From assembly GCF_044324875.1 (NCBI RefSeq), contig NZ_CP172185.1: DNA of 64,000 bases; one strand, given 5' to 3'. The notes under the pieces are model-generated. The model did not search any database and had not been told where the DNA came from. It saw nothing but the letters and a program-made list of their open reading frames with translations. A program made the position numbers and the translations under genes. Every line of letters starts with the position of its first letter. Within the stretch, counting starts at the first letter, position 1. Source of the stretch: Escherichia coli (GTDB taxonomy: Bacteria > Pseudomonadota > Gammaproteobacteria > Enterobacterales > Enterobacteriaceae). Shown piece by piece: positions 44,902 through 57,019 of this stretch.

Positions 44902-44973
44902 AATATTATGTTAACGGCATGTATATCATTTGGGGTTGCGATGACGACGAACACGCATTTTAGAGGTGAAGAA

Positions 44974-46659
44974 TTGAAGAAGGTTTGGCTTAACCGTTAT
45001 CCCGCGGACGTTCCGACGGAGATCAACCCTGACCGTTATCAATCTCTGGTAGATATGTTTGAGCAGTCGGTCGCGCGCTACGCCGATCAGCCTGCGTTTG
45101 TGAATATGGGGGAGGTGATGACCTTCCGCAAGCTGGAAGAACGCAGTCGCGCGTTTGCCGCTTATTTGCAACAAGGGTTGGGGCTGAAGAAAGGCGATCG
45201 CGTTGCGTTGATGATGCCTAATTTATTGCAATATCCGGTGGCGCTGTTTGGCATTTTGCGTGCCGGGATGATTGTCGTAAACGTTAACCCGTTGTATACC
45301 CCGCGTGAACTTGAGCATCAGCTTAACGATAGCGGCGCATCGGCGATTGTTATCGTGTCTAACTTTGCCCACACTCTGGAAAAAGTGGTTGATAAAACCG
45401 CCGTTCAGCACGTAATTCTGACCCGTATGGGCGATCAGCTATCTACGGCAAAAGGCACGGTAGTCAATTTCGTTGTTAAATACATCAAGCGTCTGGTGCC
45501 GAAATACCATCTGCCAGATGCCATTTCATTTCGTAGCGCCCTGCACAACGGCTACCGGATGCAGTACGTCAAACCCGAACTGGTGCCGGAAGATTTAGCT
45601 TTCCTGCAATACACCGGCGGCACCACAGGTGTGGCGAAAGGCGCGATGCTGACTCACCGCAATATGCTGGCGAACCTGGAACAGGTTAACGCGACCTATG
45701 GTCCGCTGTTGCATCCGGGCAAAGAGCTGGTGGTGACGGCGCTGCCGCTGTATCACATTTTTGCACTGACCATTAACTGCCTGCTGTTTATCGAACTGGG
45801 TGGGCAGAACCTGCTTATCACTAACCCGCGCGATATTCCAGGGTTGGTAAAAGAGTTAGCGAAATATCCGTTTACCGCTATCACTGGCGTTAACACCTTG
45901 TTCAATGCGTTGCTGAACAATAAAGAGTTCCAGCAGCTGGATTTCTCCAGTCTGCATCTTTCCGCAGGCGGAGGGATGCCTGTTCAGCAAGTGGTGGCAG
46001 AACGTTGGGTGAAACTGACTGGACAGTATCTGCTGGAAGGTTATGGCCTGACCGAGTGTGCGCCGCTGGTCAGCGTTAACCCGTATGATATTGATTATCA
46101 TAGTGGTAGCATCGGTTTGCCGGTGCCGTCGACGGAAGCCAAACTGGTGGATGACGACGACAACGAAGTACCACCGGGTCAACCGGGTGAGCTTTGTGTC
46201 AAAGGACCGCAGGTGATGCTGGGTTACTGGCAGCGTCCGGATGCTACCGATGAGATCATCAAAAATGGCTGGTTACACACCGGCGACATCGCGGTGATGG
46301 ATGAAGAAGGATTCCTGCGCATTGTCGATCGTAAAAAAGACATGATTCTGGTTTCCGGTTTTAACGTCTATCCCAACGAGATTGAAGATGTCGTCATGCA
46401 GCATCCTGGAGTACAGGAAGTCGCGGCTGTTGGCGTACCTTCCGGCTCCAGTGGTGAAGCGGTGAAAATCTTCGTAGTGAAAAAAGATCCATCGCTTACC
46501 GAAGAGTCACTGGTGACTTTTTGCCGCCGTCAGCTCACGGGCTACAAAGTACCGAAGCTGGTGGAGTTTCGTGATGAGTTACCGAAATCTAACGTCGGAA
46601 AAATTTTGCGACGAGAATTACGTGACGAAGCGCGCGGCAAAGTGGACAATAAAGCCTGA
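44974..46659 (+). CDS. fadD: Long-chain fatty acyl-CoA synthetase
   Basis: 561 aa from a TTG start ([25 protein letters not shown]); AMP-binding motif [11 protein letters not shown]. Confidence 0.92.
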
Positions 46660-46678
46660 GCGTTAAGTCAGTCGTCAG

Positions 46679-46704
46679 ACGCCGGTTAATCCGGCGTTTT
46701 TTTT
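46679..46704 (+). terminator. Intrinsic terminator after fadD
   Basis: cgccgg-ttaat-ccggcg followed by tttttttt. Confidence 0.55.
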
Positions 46705-46728
46705 GACGCCCACTAAAGAGAATACAAT

Positions 46729-47856
46729 TTGAATTACCAAATGATTACCACGGACGATGCGCTGGCTTCTTTGTGTGAAGCCGTCCGTGCCTTTCCGGCG
46801 ATAGCCCTGGATACTGAATTTGTTCGTACGCGCACCTATTACCCGCAACTGGGTCTAATTCAACTTTTTGATGGTGAGCATCTGGCGCTAATTGATCCTC
46901 TCGGGATCTCCGACTGGTCACCGCTGAAAGCGATCCTGCGCGATCCGTCCATCACAAAATTTCTCCATGCGGGCAGTGAAGATCTGGAAGTGTTCCTCAA
47001 TGTCTTTGGCGAATTACCACAACCCTTGATTGACACGCAAATCCTTGCTGCCTTCTGCGGACGCCCGATGTCATGGGGTTTCGCTTCCATGGTGGAAGAG
47101 TATTCCGGCGTTACGCTGGACAAGAGTGAATCGCGCACCGACTGGCTGGCCAGACCGCTGACCGAACGTCAGTGTGAATACGCAGCGGCGGATGTCTGGT
47201 ATCTGTTACCGATCACCGCAAAGCTTATGGTAGAAACGGAGGCCTCCGGCTGGCTACCTGCGGCGCTGGATGAATGCCGCCTGATGCAAATGCGTCGTCA
47301 GGAAGTCGTTGCACCGGAAGATGCCTGGCGTGATATCACCAATGCCTGGCAGTTACGCACACGCCAACTGGCCTGTCTGCAACTGTTAGCCGACTGGCGA
47401 CTGCGCAAGGCGCGGGAGCGCGATCTGGCGGTGAACTTTGTCGTGCGTGAAGAGCATTTGTGGTCGGTAGCGCGTTATATGCCGGGAAGTTTAGGCGAAC
47501 TGGACAGCCTGGGCTTATCCGGTAGCGAAATCCGCTTTCACGGTAAAACGCTGCTGGCGCTGGTGGAAAAAGCGCAGACATTGCCGGAAGAGGCCTTACC
47601 GCAGCCGATGCTTAACCTGATGGACATGCCGGGTTATCGTAAAGCGTTTAAAGCGATTAAGTCGCTGATTACTGACGTGAGCGAAACGCACAAGATCAGC
47701 GCCGAATTGCTGGCATCGCGTCGGCAAATCAACCAACTGCTGAACTGGCACTGGAAACTGAAACCGCAGAACAATTTGCCGGAGCTGATTTCCGGCTGGC
47801 GTGGTGAGCTGATGGCGGAAGCATTACACAATTTATTGCAGGAATATCCGCAGTAA
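46729..47856 (+). CDS. rnd: Ribonuclease D
   Basis: 375 aa with a TTG start (MNYQMITTDDALASLCEAV); DEDDy exonuclease, HRDC domain. Confidence 0.92.
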   Translation: MNYQMITTDDALASLCEAVRAFPAIALDTEFVRTRTYYPQLGLIQLFDGEHLALIDPLGISDWSPLKAILRDPSITKFLHAGSEDLEVFLNVFGELPQPLIDTQILAAFCGRPMSWGFASMVEEYSGVTLDKSESRTDWLARPLTERQCEYAAADVWYLLPITAKLMVETEASGWLPAALDECRLMQMRRQEVVAPEDAWRDITNAWQLRTRQLACLQLLADWRLRKARERDLAVNFVVREEHLWSVARYMPGSLGELDSLGLSGSEIRFHGKTLLALVEKAQTLPEEALPQPMLNLMDMPGYRKAFKAIKSLITDVSETHKISAELLASRRQINQLLNWHWKLKPQNNLPELISGWRGELMAEALHNLLQEYPQ

Positions 47857-47862
47857 AATCTT

Positions 47863-47898
47863 CCGAAGCCGGACTGGGCGTGCTCAGTCCGGCTTCGG
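47863..47898. terminator. Hairpin between convergent rnd and yeaX; likely bidirectional terminator
   Basis: ccgaagccggactg-ggcgtgct-cagtccggcttcgg. Confidence 0.5.
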
Positions 47899-47902
47899 CA
47901 AA

Positions 47903-48868
47903 CTACAAATCCAACACCAGGCGTTTACCTTTCGCACGCGAACAACAGATCAACATACTTTGCTGGCTGGCACGCTCTTCATCGCTAAAATACTGATCCC
48001 GATGGTCAGCTTCACCTTCCAGTATTGCCGTTTCGCAGGTTCCGCATACCCCTTCACGACATAAACATTCCACTTTCGCTGCTTTATTATTTTCAATAAC
48101 CTGCAAAATAGTCATCTCTTCCGGCACCACAAACTCTTTACCGGAACGGGCAAGCACCAGGGTAAATGCATCGCCGGTTTTGTCTTCGATAGCAAATTGC
48201 TCAAAGTGCAGCGTATCGGCGGCGATGTCCAGACGCGCAGCTTCACTTCTTACCGCTTCATTTAGCGCCTCGGGGCCACAGGTATAAACATGTGTGCCAG
48301 GTTCGATATCCGCCAATAATCGCGCTAATTCCAGTCGTGTTCCGGTTGATGAATGATGCAAATGGACTTTCTCAGCCTGCGGATGCTGGACTAGCTCATC
48401 ACGAAATGCGCAACTTTCTGGATTTCGCGTGCAGTAATGTAGCTGCCAGTCGACGTCGCTGTGTTGCAACTCTGCCATGTGCGACAGGAAAGGGGTGATA
48501 CCAATGCCGCCCGCGATAAACAGATGCTTTCTGGCCGAGGGAATTAGCGCAAACAGGTTATTAGGCGTTGAAATCGTTAACCGATCGCCCACTTTTACCT
48601 GCTGATGTAAAAAGCGTGAACCGCCGCGCGAGTTTTCTTCCAGCCGAACGGCAATCTGATAACTAGAGGTGTCATGCGGCGAGCTCAGGAGTGAATAAGC
48701 ATTGCTGTACTGGTTATCACCATCGCTCATCTGCACAATGATGTGACTTCCTCCGGTAAACGCAGGTAATGGTTTGCCATCGGTTGCCACCAGCGTGAAG
48801 CGTTTCACCTGTTCGGTAAGCGGTTCAACCTGGCTCACCTGTACTTCAAACATTTGATAGTCTGACAT
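47903..48868 (-). CDS. yeaX: Carnitine monooxygenase reductase subunit (ferredoxin-NAD reductase with 2Fe-2S)
   Basis: 321 aa; FMN/NAD-binding and C-terminal CxxxxCxxC...C ferredoxin motif. Confidence 0.85.
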   Translation of the reverse strand: MSDYQMFEVQVSQVEPLTEQVKRFTLVATDGKPLPAFTGGSHIIVQMSDGDNQYSNAYSLLSSPHDTSSYQIAVRLEENSRGGSRFLHQQVKVGDRLTISTPNNLFALIPSARKHLFIAGGIGITPFLSHMAELQHSDVDWQLHYCTRNPESCAFRDELVQHPQAEKVHLHHSSTGTRLELARLLADIEPGTHVYTCGPEALNEAVRSEAARLDIAADTLHFEQFAIEDKTGDAFTLVLARSGKEFVVPEEMTILQVIENNKAAKVECLCREGVCGTCETAILEGEADHRDQYFSDEERASQQSMLICCSRAKGKRLVLDL

Positions 48869-48923
48869 TGCTGTACTCCATCAAAAATCAGCCCAGCGGC
48901 GGAAAATACCGCCGCCGATGTCA

Positions 48924-50048
48924 TTAGTCCTTAAACACCTGCGCCAGCAGATTATGGAAATGGGCGATACCATGTTCGGAAATTCCGCTACCGCTACTGT
49001 CGGCCATGATGCGCCCCTGACCACGATAGCCACGCGATTTCAGCCCTTTCTGTACGCTTTCAACCAGACGTAAATCTTCCGGACGGAACACATCGCGATA
49101 CCATTCAATCAGCGATTTTTGCTCGTCGGTTAACTCTTCATTGGTGAAGTAAATATCGTAGTTTTGCAGGGTAGTTTCAGAATCCACCGGGAATTCATAA
49201 ATGACCGTCATCATCCCTTTGATTGGGGTGACGTTCAGCATCGTGCACGGCCACAGCCAGAAACCGTGGAATGCCGCATCCGTGCCCTCTTCGAATTTGA
49301 AAGACTGTTCTGACGGTTTGGCGAAACCGTATTGCAGCGTCCAGTTACCGTGCATGGTGTGCCAGTAACGATCAACCTGAACGGAGTCGGAGAAACCTGG
49401 ATGCGCCGGACCACAGTGATAGCACTCGAGATAGTTATCGACAATGTTCTTCCAGTTGGCAGGCGTGCGGGTGGTAAAGCGGGCCGCCAGTTTCAGATCG
49501 TGGACTTCCGGGCAGGCTTCCAGCACTTTCGCGCCCAGACCGGGTAACTGATCTTCTACGCTGGTGGCGTTAGGGTCCATGTTGATGAAGACGAATCCGG
49601 CATATTCTTCCAGACGCACCGGAACCAGTTGCGCTTTGTCGCTATCGAAATTGGCGACGTTTTCGCAGTTACGTGCATGGGCCAGGTTGCCATCGAGTTT
49701 GAATGCCCATGCGTGATACGGGCAGGTAATCACATTTTTCGCTTTCCCTTCGCCGCTCAACAACTGATGACCACGGTGCGGACACACGTTATAGAACGCG
49801 CGCAAAACCTTATCACGACCGCGTACCAGCACAATGCTTTCGCCAATGATCTCACGCGTCACATAATCATTGGCATTCGCCAGTTCGCTGCTGTGAGCGA
49901 CGCAAATCCAGCTTTTGGCGAAGACGTTCTCTTTTTCGTGTTCAAAGGCGTTCTGATCGGTATAAAAACGGGCAGGAATGGTCCACGCCTCTTGCGGGTT
50001 AGCGCAAAAATTTTCGGGTAGTACAAAGTCAGGGCTCAGATTGCTCAT
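48924..50048 (-). CDS. yeaW: Carnitine monooxygenase oxygenase subunit (Rieske non-heme iron)
   Basis: 374 aa from MSNLSPDFVLPENF; Rieske motif CPHRGH...CPYHAW. Confidence 0.88.
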   Translation of the reverse strand: MSNLSPDFVLPENFCANPQEAWTIPARFYTDQNAFEHEKENVFAKSWICVAHSSELANANDYVTREIIGESIVLVRGRDKVLRAFYNVCPHRGHQLLSGEGKAKNVITCPYHAWAFKLDGNLAHARNCENVANFDSDKAQLVPVRLEEYAGFVFINMDPNATSVEDQLPGLGAKVLEACPEVHDLKLAARFTTRTPANWKNIVDNYLECYHCGPAHPGFSDSVQVDRYWHTMHGNWTLQYGFAKPSEQSFKFEEGTDAAFHGFWLWPCTMLNVTPIKGMMTVIYEFPVDSETTLQNYDIYFTNEELTDEQKSLIEWYRDVFRPEDLRLVESVQKGLKSRGYRGQGRIMADSSGSGISEHGIAHFHNLLAQVFKD

Positions 50049-50079
50049 AGGGATACCTTTATCGTTAGGATGATGGCGC

Positions 50080-51690
50080 TCAGTTGTCGCCTTTGAATAC
50101 GGTTCCCGCAGGGAGCACTGGCGTTTTTTCCAGGACTTCAACCGGTGTCTGCGGGAGATAATGTTCAACTTGATGAGCCGGAATGTCGGCGTAATCCTGT
50201 TTCAGCCAGCGAATAAATCCGCCGACTTTCACCAGTAAAATGACGAGGAACGGAAGGGCTGTGAGTACGACGGTGGTTTTCATCGTTTCCAGCGACGCGC
50301 CAGTGAAAAGAATTGAAAGCGGGATCAGGGTAATTACCACGCACCAGAAAAGACGCAGCCCACGGTCAGGATCGTCACCTTCCTGGAGATTACGCGTACT
50401 GGTTGCCGCCATGGTGTAGGCCACCGCATCCATATGCGAGGCAAGGAAAATAATCATCACGCCCAGGTATGCGGCGAGGAACAATTTACCGGCTGGCAAC
50501 GACATCAGAACTTGCTGCACAGCTGTCTCGCCGCCCAGTGTTTCCAGCACCTGTGGGACGTTGATTACACCATTGATAAACTGGTGAATGGCATAGCTTT
50601 CCATTACGCCGAAGAAGAACCAGCAACCGACGGTGCTGCCGAGGATCAGTCCCCAGATAACTTCTTTAATCTTACGACCGCGGGAAACGCGGGTGACAAA
50701 CATTGCTACGCCAGGCGTGTATGAGATCCACCACAGCCAGTAGAAAACGGTCCAGTTGCGGGTAAATGAACCATCGCCAAGCGGATCGGTGAATAAGCTC
50801 ATTTGCAGGAAGTTTTGCGTGGTCAGGCCGATGGCATTGATGATGCTGTTGGTAATAAATTCGGTTGGACCGACAATCAGCACCAGTAATGGCAGCAGGA
50901 ACGCGCCCCAGCCAACCATTTTGCTCAGACGTTGCAAACCGTTGTTGATACCAATCCACGAGCTTAGGCAAAAAATGCCGCCGGAAAGCAGTATCACAAA
51001 TGCCTGCACGGTGAAGTTATCGGGTAAACCGGTCAGCGCGGAAAGCCCACGAGTAAAGGTTGCTGCGGTAACAACAAGGGAAATGGTCAGCGCACCGACA
51101 GTGGCGATCAGGAACATCAAATCGACCAGTTTTCCCCACGGGCCTTGCGGGCGAACGCCGGTAATCGCGGCAATAATGCCGGAAAGGCTCAGACCTTTGT
51201 TTTTCCGCACATGAAAGTGATAAGCCATGATTAATGAGGCCAGCGTATAAGTTGCCCAGGCGCTGATGCCCCAGTGGAAGAAGGAGTAAGGGACGCTAAA
51301 TTCGAGTGCCTGTTGTGAACGCGGTGCGATATTTAATCCAGGTGTTTGATAATAATAGGCCCATTCAGCAACCCCCCAATAAAGCGTAGAAGAACCTAAA
51401 CCGGCACAAATAAACATAAACAGCCAGGAGAGCGTGCTGTATTCCGGTTTTCCTTCGCCAAGACGAATATTGCCGTATTTACTGGTGGCTAAATAAATCA
51501 CCAGTCCCATTGCCAGCAAAACCAATACCTGTACGGCGGAACCTAACGTACGCGTAACAAAAGTGTATATAGCGTTGGCCGCGTCGGCCGATTGTTGTGG
51601 GAAAAGGCTTAATGCAGCTGCGATGAAAAGAATGGCCACCAGGCTGATGCTTATCAACGGCACATCTTTTTTCTTAACATTGCTCATCAT
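50080..51690 (-). CDS. yeaV: BCCT-family transporter (carnitine/betaine type); start codon uncertain
   Basis: 536 aa ORF, 12-TM BCCT-like; I recall the K-12 annotation as shorter, so the start may lie downstream. Confidence 0.8.
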   Translation of the reverse strand: MMSNVKKKDVPLISISLVAILFIAAALSLFPQQSADAANAIYTFVTRTLGSAVQVLVLLAMGLVIYLATSKYGNIRLGEGKPEYSTLSWLFMFICAGLGSSTLYWGVAEWAYYYQTPGLNIAPRSQQALEFSVPYSFFHWGISAWATYTLASLIMAYHFHVRKNKGLSLSGIIAAITGVRPQGPWGKLVDLMFLIATVGALTISLVVTAATFTRGLSALTGLPDNFTVQAFVILLSGGIFCLSSWIGINNGLQRLSKMVGWGAFLLPLLVLIVGPTEFITNSIINAIGLTTQNFLQMSLFTDPLGDGSFTRNWTVFYWLWWISYTPGVAMFVTRVSRGRKIKEVIWGLILGSTVGCWFFFGVMESYAIHQFINGVINVPQVLETLGGETAVQQVLMSLPAGKLFLAAYLGVMIIFLASHMDAVAYTMAATSTRNLQEGDDPDRGLRLFWCVVITLIPLSILFTGASLETMKTTVVLTALPFLVILLVKVGGFIRWLKQDYADIPAHQVEHYLPQTPVEVLEKTPVLPAGTVFKGDN

Positions 51691-51897
51691 GAGTCATCTC
51701 CTGGGCATAAAAGCCCGTCTCTGGCTTTTGCCAGTTGTAATTATTTGCAGGGTATGAGTTGTATGTTGTGTTTAACAAATTTATTATTTACATGTTACAT
51801 AAATTAAACAATTAAGAATACGGAAAGCCATAAAACACGAAACGGAAACAATAAAAGGTGAAATGACGCAGGTTATTTACTGCAAAGAACGAATAAA

Positions 51898-51925
51898 AAA
51901 ACCGCGTCAGTGACGCGGTTCAAAT
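51898..51925 (-). terminator. Intrinsic terminator after dmlA (minus strand)
   Basis: ccgcgtca-g-tgacgcgg palindrome with a U-tract on the minus strand. Confidence 0.5.
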
Positions 51926-51939
51926 AAACTGGTTTGACC

Positions 51940-53025
51940 TTAACGCAAAATAATTTTGCAAATCGCGTCGGCAACCTGTGGCGTGGTGGCATTGCCTTTC
52001 ATATCAGGTGTTTTCGGCCCGTGAGCAATCACTTCTTCAATCGCGGCCAGAATACCGTTATGCGCTTGCTGGAAACGCTCATCGCCATTGCCGAGAAAAT
52101 CGAGCATCATTGCACCAGCCCAAATTGTGGCGATAGGGTTAGCAATGTTTTTCCCGTAGATATCCGGCGCGGAACCGTGGACTGGCTCGAAGAGCGACGG
52201 GAAAGTGCGTTCCGGATTCAGGTTGGCGGATGGGGCAATGCCAATGGTGCCGGTGCAGGCCGGGCCAAGATCGGAAAGGATATCGCCAAACAAATTGGAC
52301 GCCACTACCACATCGAAGCGTTCCGGCTGCATCACAAAACGTGCGCAAAGAATGTCAATATGCTGCTTGTCCCAGCGGATCTCCGGGTAATTCTCAGCCA
52401 TTGCTTCCACTCGCTCATCCCAGTACGGCATGCTGATGGCTAAACCGTTCGATTTAGTGGCAGAAGTTAGCGTCTTACGTGGGCGGCTTTGCGCAAGTTC
52501 AAAGGCATAGCGCAAAATGCGATCGACACCACGACGCGTAAATACCGATTCCTGAATGACGACTTCATGCTCTGTACCTTCATTCACTCTGCCGCCGAGC
52601 GAGGAATATTCGCCTTCGGTGTTTTCCCTGACCACGTAAAAATCGATGTCGCCAGGCTGTTTTCCCGCCAGCGGGCAGGGAACGCCAGGAAAGAGACGAA
52701 CCGGGCGCAGGTTGACGTACTGGTCGAATTCACGACGAAATTTCAGCAGCGAACCCCACAACGAAATATGGTCCGGAACGGTATCCGGCCAGCCGACGGC
52801 ACCAAAATAGATGGCGTCGAAACGGCTAAGTTGCTCATGCCAGTCGTCCGGCATCATTTTACCGTGATGGCTGTAATACTCGCAGCTCGCCCACTCCACT
52901 TGCTCAAAACTCAAGGCGAAGCCCCAGCGCTCAGCGGCAGCCTGTAACACGCGAATCCCTTCAGGAAGGACTTCTTTGCCAATCCCGTCTCCCGGGATCG
53001 CAGCAATACGCATCGTTTTCATCAT
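51940..53025 (-). CDS. dmlA: D-malate/3-isopropylmalate dehydrogenase (decarboxylating)
   Basis: 361 aa; isocitrate/isopropylmalate dehydrogenase family. Confidence 0.9.
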   Translation of the reverse strand: MMKTMRIAAIPGDGIGKEVLPEGIRVLQAAAERWGFALSFEQVEWASCEYYSHHGKMMPDDWHEQLSRFDAIYFGAVGWPDTVPDHISLWGSLLKFRREFDQYVNLRPVRLFPGVPCPLAGKQPGDIDFYVVRENTEGEYSSLGGRVNEGTEHEVVIQESVFTRRGVDRILRYAFELAQSRPRKTLTSATKSNGLAISMPYWDERVEAMAENYPEIRWDKQHIDILCARFVMQPERFDVVVASNLFGDILSDLGPACTGTIGIAPSANLNPERTFPSLFEPVHGSAPDIYGKNIANPIATIWAGAMMLDFLGNGDERFQQAHNGILAAIEEVIAHGPKTPDMKGNATTPQVADAICKIILR

Positions 53026-53127
53026 TGGGTTCTCACTTCCTGACCATCAAAATTGACAATACCCTCATCCTATAATTGACTGAAAAGGAATTAATCCCCG
53101 TAACTGGTGAAACATAAAACACGAATC

Positions 53128-54051
53128 ATGAATAATTTACCGCTGCTGAACGATTTGCGCGTCTTTATGCTGGTAGCTCGCCGGGCTGGTTTTGCCGCCG
53201 TGGCGGAAGAACTGGGCGTTTCACCGGCGTTCGTCAGCAAGCGCATCGCCTTGCTGGAGCAAACGCTAAACGTGGTGTTGTTACACCGCACCACCCGCCG
53301 CGTCACCATTACCGAAGAAGGAGAGCGGATTTATGAATGGGCGCAGCGGATTTTGCAGGATGTCGGTCAAATGATGGACGAACTTTCTGACGTGCGTCAG
53401 GTGCCGCAGGGGATGCTGCGTATTATCAGCAGCTTTGGTTTTGGACGACAGGTAGTGGCTCCGGCGTTATCAGCGCTGGTGAAGGCGTATCCGCAACTGG
53501 AATTACGTTTTGATGTGGAAGACCGGTTGGTCGATTTGGTCAATGAAGGTGTCGATCTCGATATTCGCATTGGCGATGATATCGCCCCTAATTTAATCGC
53601 CCGCAAACTGGCGACTAATTACCGCATTCTCTGCGCGTCGCCGGAATTTATTGCGCAACATGGCGCGCCGAAACATTTAACCGATCTTTCTGCATTGCCG
53701 TGCCTGGTCATTAAAGAGCGCGATCATCCTTTTGGTGTCTGGCAATTACGCAATAAAGAAGGCCACCATGCGATTAAAGTTACCGGCCCACTGTCGTCTA
53801 ATCATGGAGAAATTGTCCATCAGTGGTGTCTCGATGGGCAGGGGATTGCTCTGCGCTCCTGGTGGGATGTTAGCGAAAACATTGCCAGTGGTCATTTAGT
53901 ACAAGTGCTACCGGAATATTACCAGCCAGCGAACGTCTGGGCCGTTTATGTTTCAAGGCTGGCGACGTCAGCGAAAGTGCGGATAACGGTAGAATTTTTA
54001 CGCCAGTATTTTGCCGAGCACTACCCGAATTTTTCACTGGAGCATGCCTGA
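53128..54051 (+). CDS. dmlR: LysR-family regulator of dmlA
   Basis: 307 aa from MNNLPLLNDLRVFMLVARRAGFAAVAEELGVSPAFVSKRI; divergent from dmlA. Confidence 0.85.
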   Translation: MNNLPLLNDLRVFMLVARRAGFAAVAEELGVSPAFVSKRIALLEQTLNVVLLHRTTRRVTITEEGERIYEWAQRILQDVGQMMDELSDVRQVPQGMLRIISSFGFGRQVVAPALSALVKAYPQLELRFDVEDRLVDLVNEGVDLDIRIGDDIAPNLIARKLATNYRILCASPEFIAQHGAPKHLTDLSALPCLVIKERDHPFGVWQLRNKEGHHAIKVTGPLSSNHGEIVHQWCLDGQGIALRSWWDVSENIASGHLVQVLPEYYQPANVWAVYVSRLATSAKVRITVEFLRQYFAEHYPNFSLEHA

Positions 54052-54108
54052 TTAATGATTCAATTATCGGGTTGATATCGGGTTAAAACCTGATTTTCTC
54101 CTTTCTAA

Positions 54109-54816
<708 letters not shown>

Positions 54817-55037
54817 TACTTTCAGCCCGCGTTGTCGCGGGCTTCCCATCTGTAATCCTCCCTGATTCTTCTCTGATATGGTGCTAAAAAGTAACCAATA
54901 AATGGTATTTAAAATGCAAATTATCAGGCGTACCCTGAAACGGCTGGAATAAACCATTTTCAGCGCATTCACCGAAGGAGGGAAAAGGATGCTGCAAATC
55001 CCACAGAATTATATTCATACGCGCTCAACGCCTTTCT

Positions 55038-55045
55038 GGAATAAA
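55038..55045. repeat. Target-site duplication (GAATAAAC), left copy
   Basis: Identical 8 bp directly flanking both IS66 ends (55038-55045 and 57489-57496). Confidence 0.75.
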
Positions 55046-55083
55046 CGTAAGCGTACAGCGAGGGCCGTATTGACGGGGATGTG

Positions 55084-56622
55084 TTATTCAGCTGGCAGTG
55101 CTATGCGCCACGGAAGCAGTTCGCTGACCCGGTTGACCGGCCAGTCTGCTATGACGCCAAGCACATGGCGAAGGTAGCTTTCTGGATCCACGTCATTCAG
55201 TTTGCACGTCCCTATCAGGCTGTACAGTAGCGCTCCCCGCTCACCACCATGGCCAGAGCCGAAGAACAGGAAGTTTTTACGACCCAGACTTACCGCCCGC
55301 AGGGCATTTTCAGCGATGTTGTTGTCGATTTCCACCCAGCCATCGTTCGCATAGTACGTCAGTGCCGGCCACTGGTTAAGTGCGTACGCGAACGCCTTCG
55401 CCAACTCTGAGTGTCGCGACAGGGTCTTCATCTTTTCACGCAACCAGCTTTCCAGGGATTTCAACAGCGGTTTCGTTTTTCGCTGACGTTCAGCAAGCCG
55501 CTGCTCTGCCGGCATTCCCCTTATATCCGCCTCTATGGCGTACAACTGACCGATCTGCTCCAGGGCTTCTTCCGTCAGTGCTGACGGGATGCGGACGTGC
55601 ACATCGTGGATCTTTCGGCGGGCATGAGCCCAGCAGGCAGCTTCCGTTATCCCACCATTGCGATACAGCTCGTTGAACCCGGCGTACGCATCCGCTTGCA
55701 GCACACCGCTGAAGCAAGCAAGATGAGTCTGCGGATGGATGCCTTTTCTGTCCGGGCTGTAAGCGAACCACACTGCAGGTGCCAACGCTGACCCGGCATT
55801 GCGGTCATCACGAACATACGCCCACAACCGCCCGGTCTTCGTCTTCTTATTACCCGGCATCAGTACCTGGACCGGGGTATCATCGGCATGGAGTTTGCCG
55901 TCAGTCATGACATAGCCATGAAGCGCCTCTTCCAGCGGAGACAGCAGCCGGCAGCATGCATCCACCCAGCCCGACAGCAGTGAACGGCTCAGCTCCACAC
56001 CTTGCCGGCCGTATATTTCTGACTGGCGATACAGCGGGGTGTGCTCTGCATACTTCGAGGTCAGCACGCGGGCCAGCAGCCCCGGTCCGGCGATACCCCG
56101 CTCGATGGGCCGCGAAGGTGCAGGTGCCTGCACGATGGCATCGCACTGAGTACAGGCATGTTTTTCCCGTACCGTCCGGATAACCCGGAAGGCGCTACGC
56201 ATCAACTCCAGCTGTTCGGCGGTATCCTCGCCCAGATAGCTCAGTGAACCGCCGCAGTTCGGGCAGCACGGCGCCGCAGGCAACAGTCGCTTTTCGTCAC
56301 GGGGTAGTGATTCAGGGAACGGCTTACGGATGCGGGTCTGACGCAACGGACGCTGTACTGCCGGGTCATACACCCTACCAGTCAGCGTATCGCTCTCTTT
56401 CTGAAGCTGGTTCAGATCGGCTTCCATTTGTGCGATACGGCGGGAGACTTTTTCGGAACGACTGCCGAAGTTCATCCGGCGGAGTTTATCCAGCTGCGCC
56501 TGCAGATGGTCTATTTCGCGCTCCCGGTTGCTCAGCTTTTCCTGCAGGGCGTGGATCAGCGCTTCCTGTTCGGCCAGGCGCTGTTTCAGCAGGAAGATGT
56601 CGTCAGAAGAGATGTCGTTCAT
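55084..56622 (-). CDS. IS66-family transposase (TnpC/Orf3)
   Basis: 512 aa; leucine-zipper-like N-terminus, CPNCGG zinc motif and conserved DDE-type core typical of IS66 transposases. Confidence 0.88.
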   Translation of the reverse strand: MNDISSDDIFLLKQRLAEQEALIHALQEKLSNREREIDHLQAQLDKLRRMNFGSRSEKVSRRIAQMEADLNQLQKESDTLTGRVYDPAVQRPLRQTRIRKPFPESLPRDEKRLLPAAPCCPNCGGSLSYLGEDTAEQLELMRSAFRVIRTVREKHACTQCDAIVQAPAPSRPIERGIAGPGLLARVLTSKYAEHTPLYRQSEIYGRQGVELSRSLLSGWVDACCRLLSPLEEALHGYVMTDGKLHADDTPVQVLMPGNKKTKTGRLWAYVRDDRNAGSALAPAVWFAYSPDRKGIHPQTHLACFSGVLQADAYAGFNELYRNGGITEAACWAHARRKIHDVHVRIPSALTEEALEQIGQLYAIEADIRGMPAEQRLAERQRKTKPLLKSLESWLREKMKTLSRHSELAKAFAYALNQWPALTYYANDGWVEIDNNIAENALRAVSLGRKNFLFFGSGHGGERGALLYSLIGTCKLNDVDPESYLRHVLGVIADWPVNRVSELLPWRIALPAE

Positions 56623-56671
56623 AAGCCCGTATTTTACCGGGCTTATTCTGTGACAACCAGGATAAAGAGAT

Positions 56672-57019
56672 TTACAGCATGGTCAGGGAGGTCAGCAGCC
56701 GCTTAGGCTGTCGCCAGTCGATACCTTCCAGCAGCATCGCCAGCTGCGCCTGTGTAAGGAACACTTTGCCATCACGGGCTGACGGCCAGGCGAAGCGCCC
56801 ACGCTCCAGCCGTTTGGTCAGGAGGCACAGTCCGTCACCGGTGGACCACAGCAGTTTAACCTGACTGCCGCTGCGGCCCCGGAAAATGAAAACATGGCCG
56901 GACATGGGATCGTCTTTCAGCGCCGTCTGTACTTTCGCAGCCAGGCCGTTGAAGCCATTTCTCATATCGGTGATACCGGCAACCAGCCAAATTTTGGTCC
57001 CGGAAGGTAAAGGGATCAT
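56672..57019 (-). CDS. IS66 Orf2 (TnpB-named accessory protein; unrelated to IS605 TnpB)
   Basis: 115 aa beginning [31 protein letters not shown]; overlaps orf1 by 4 bp. Confidence 0.85.
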   Translation of the reverse strand: MIPLPSGTKIWLVAGITDMRNGFNGLAAKVQTALKDDPMSGHVFIFRGRSGSQVKLLWSTGDGLCLLTKRLERGRFAWPSARDGKVFLTQAQLAMLLEGIDWRQPKRLLTSLTML

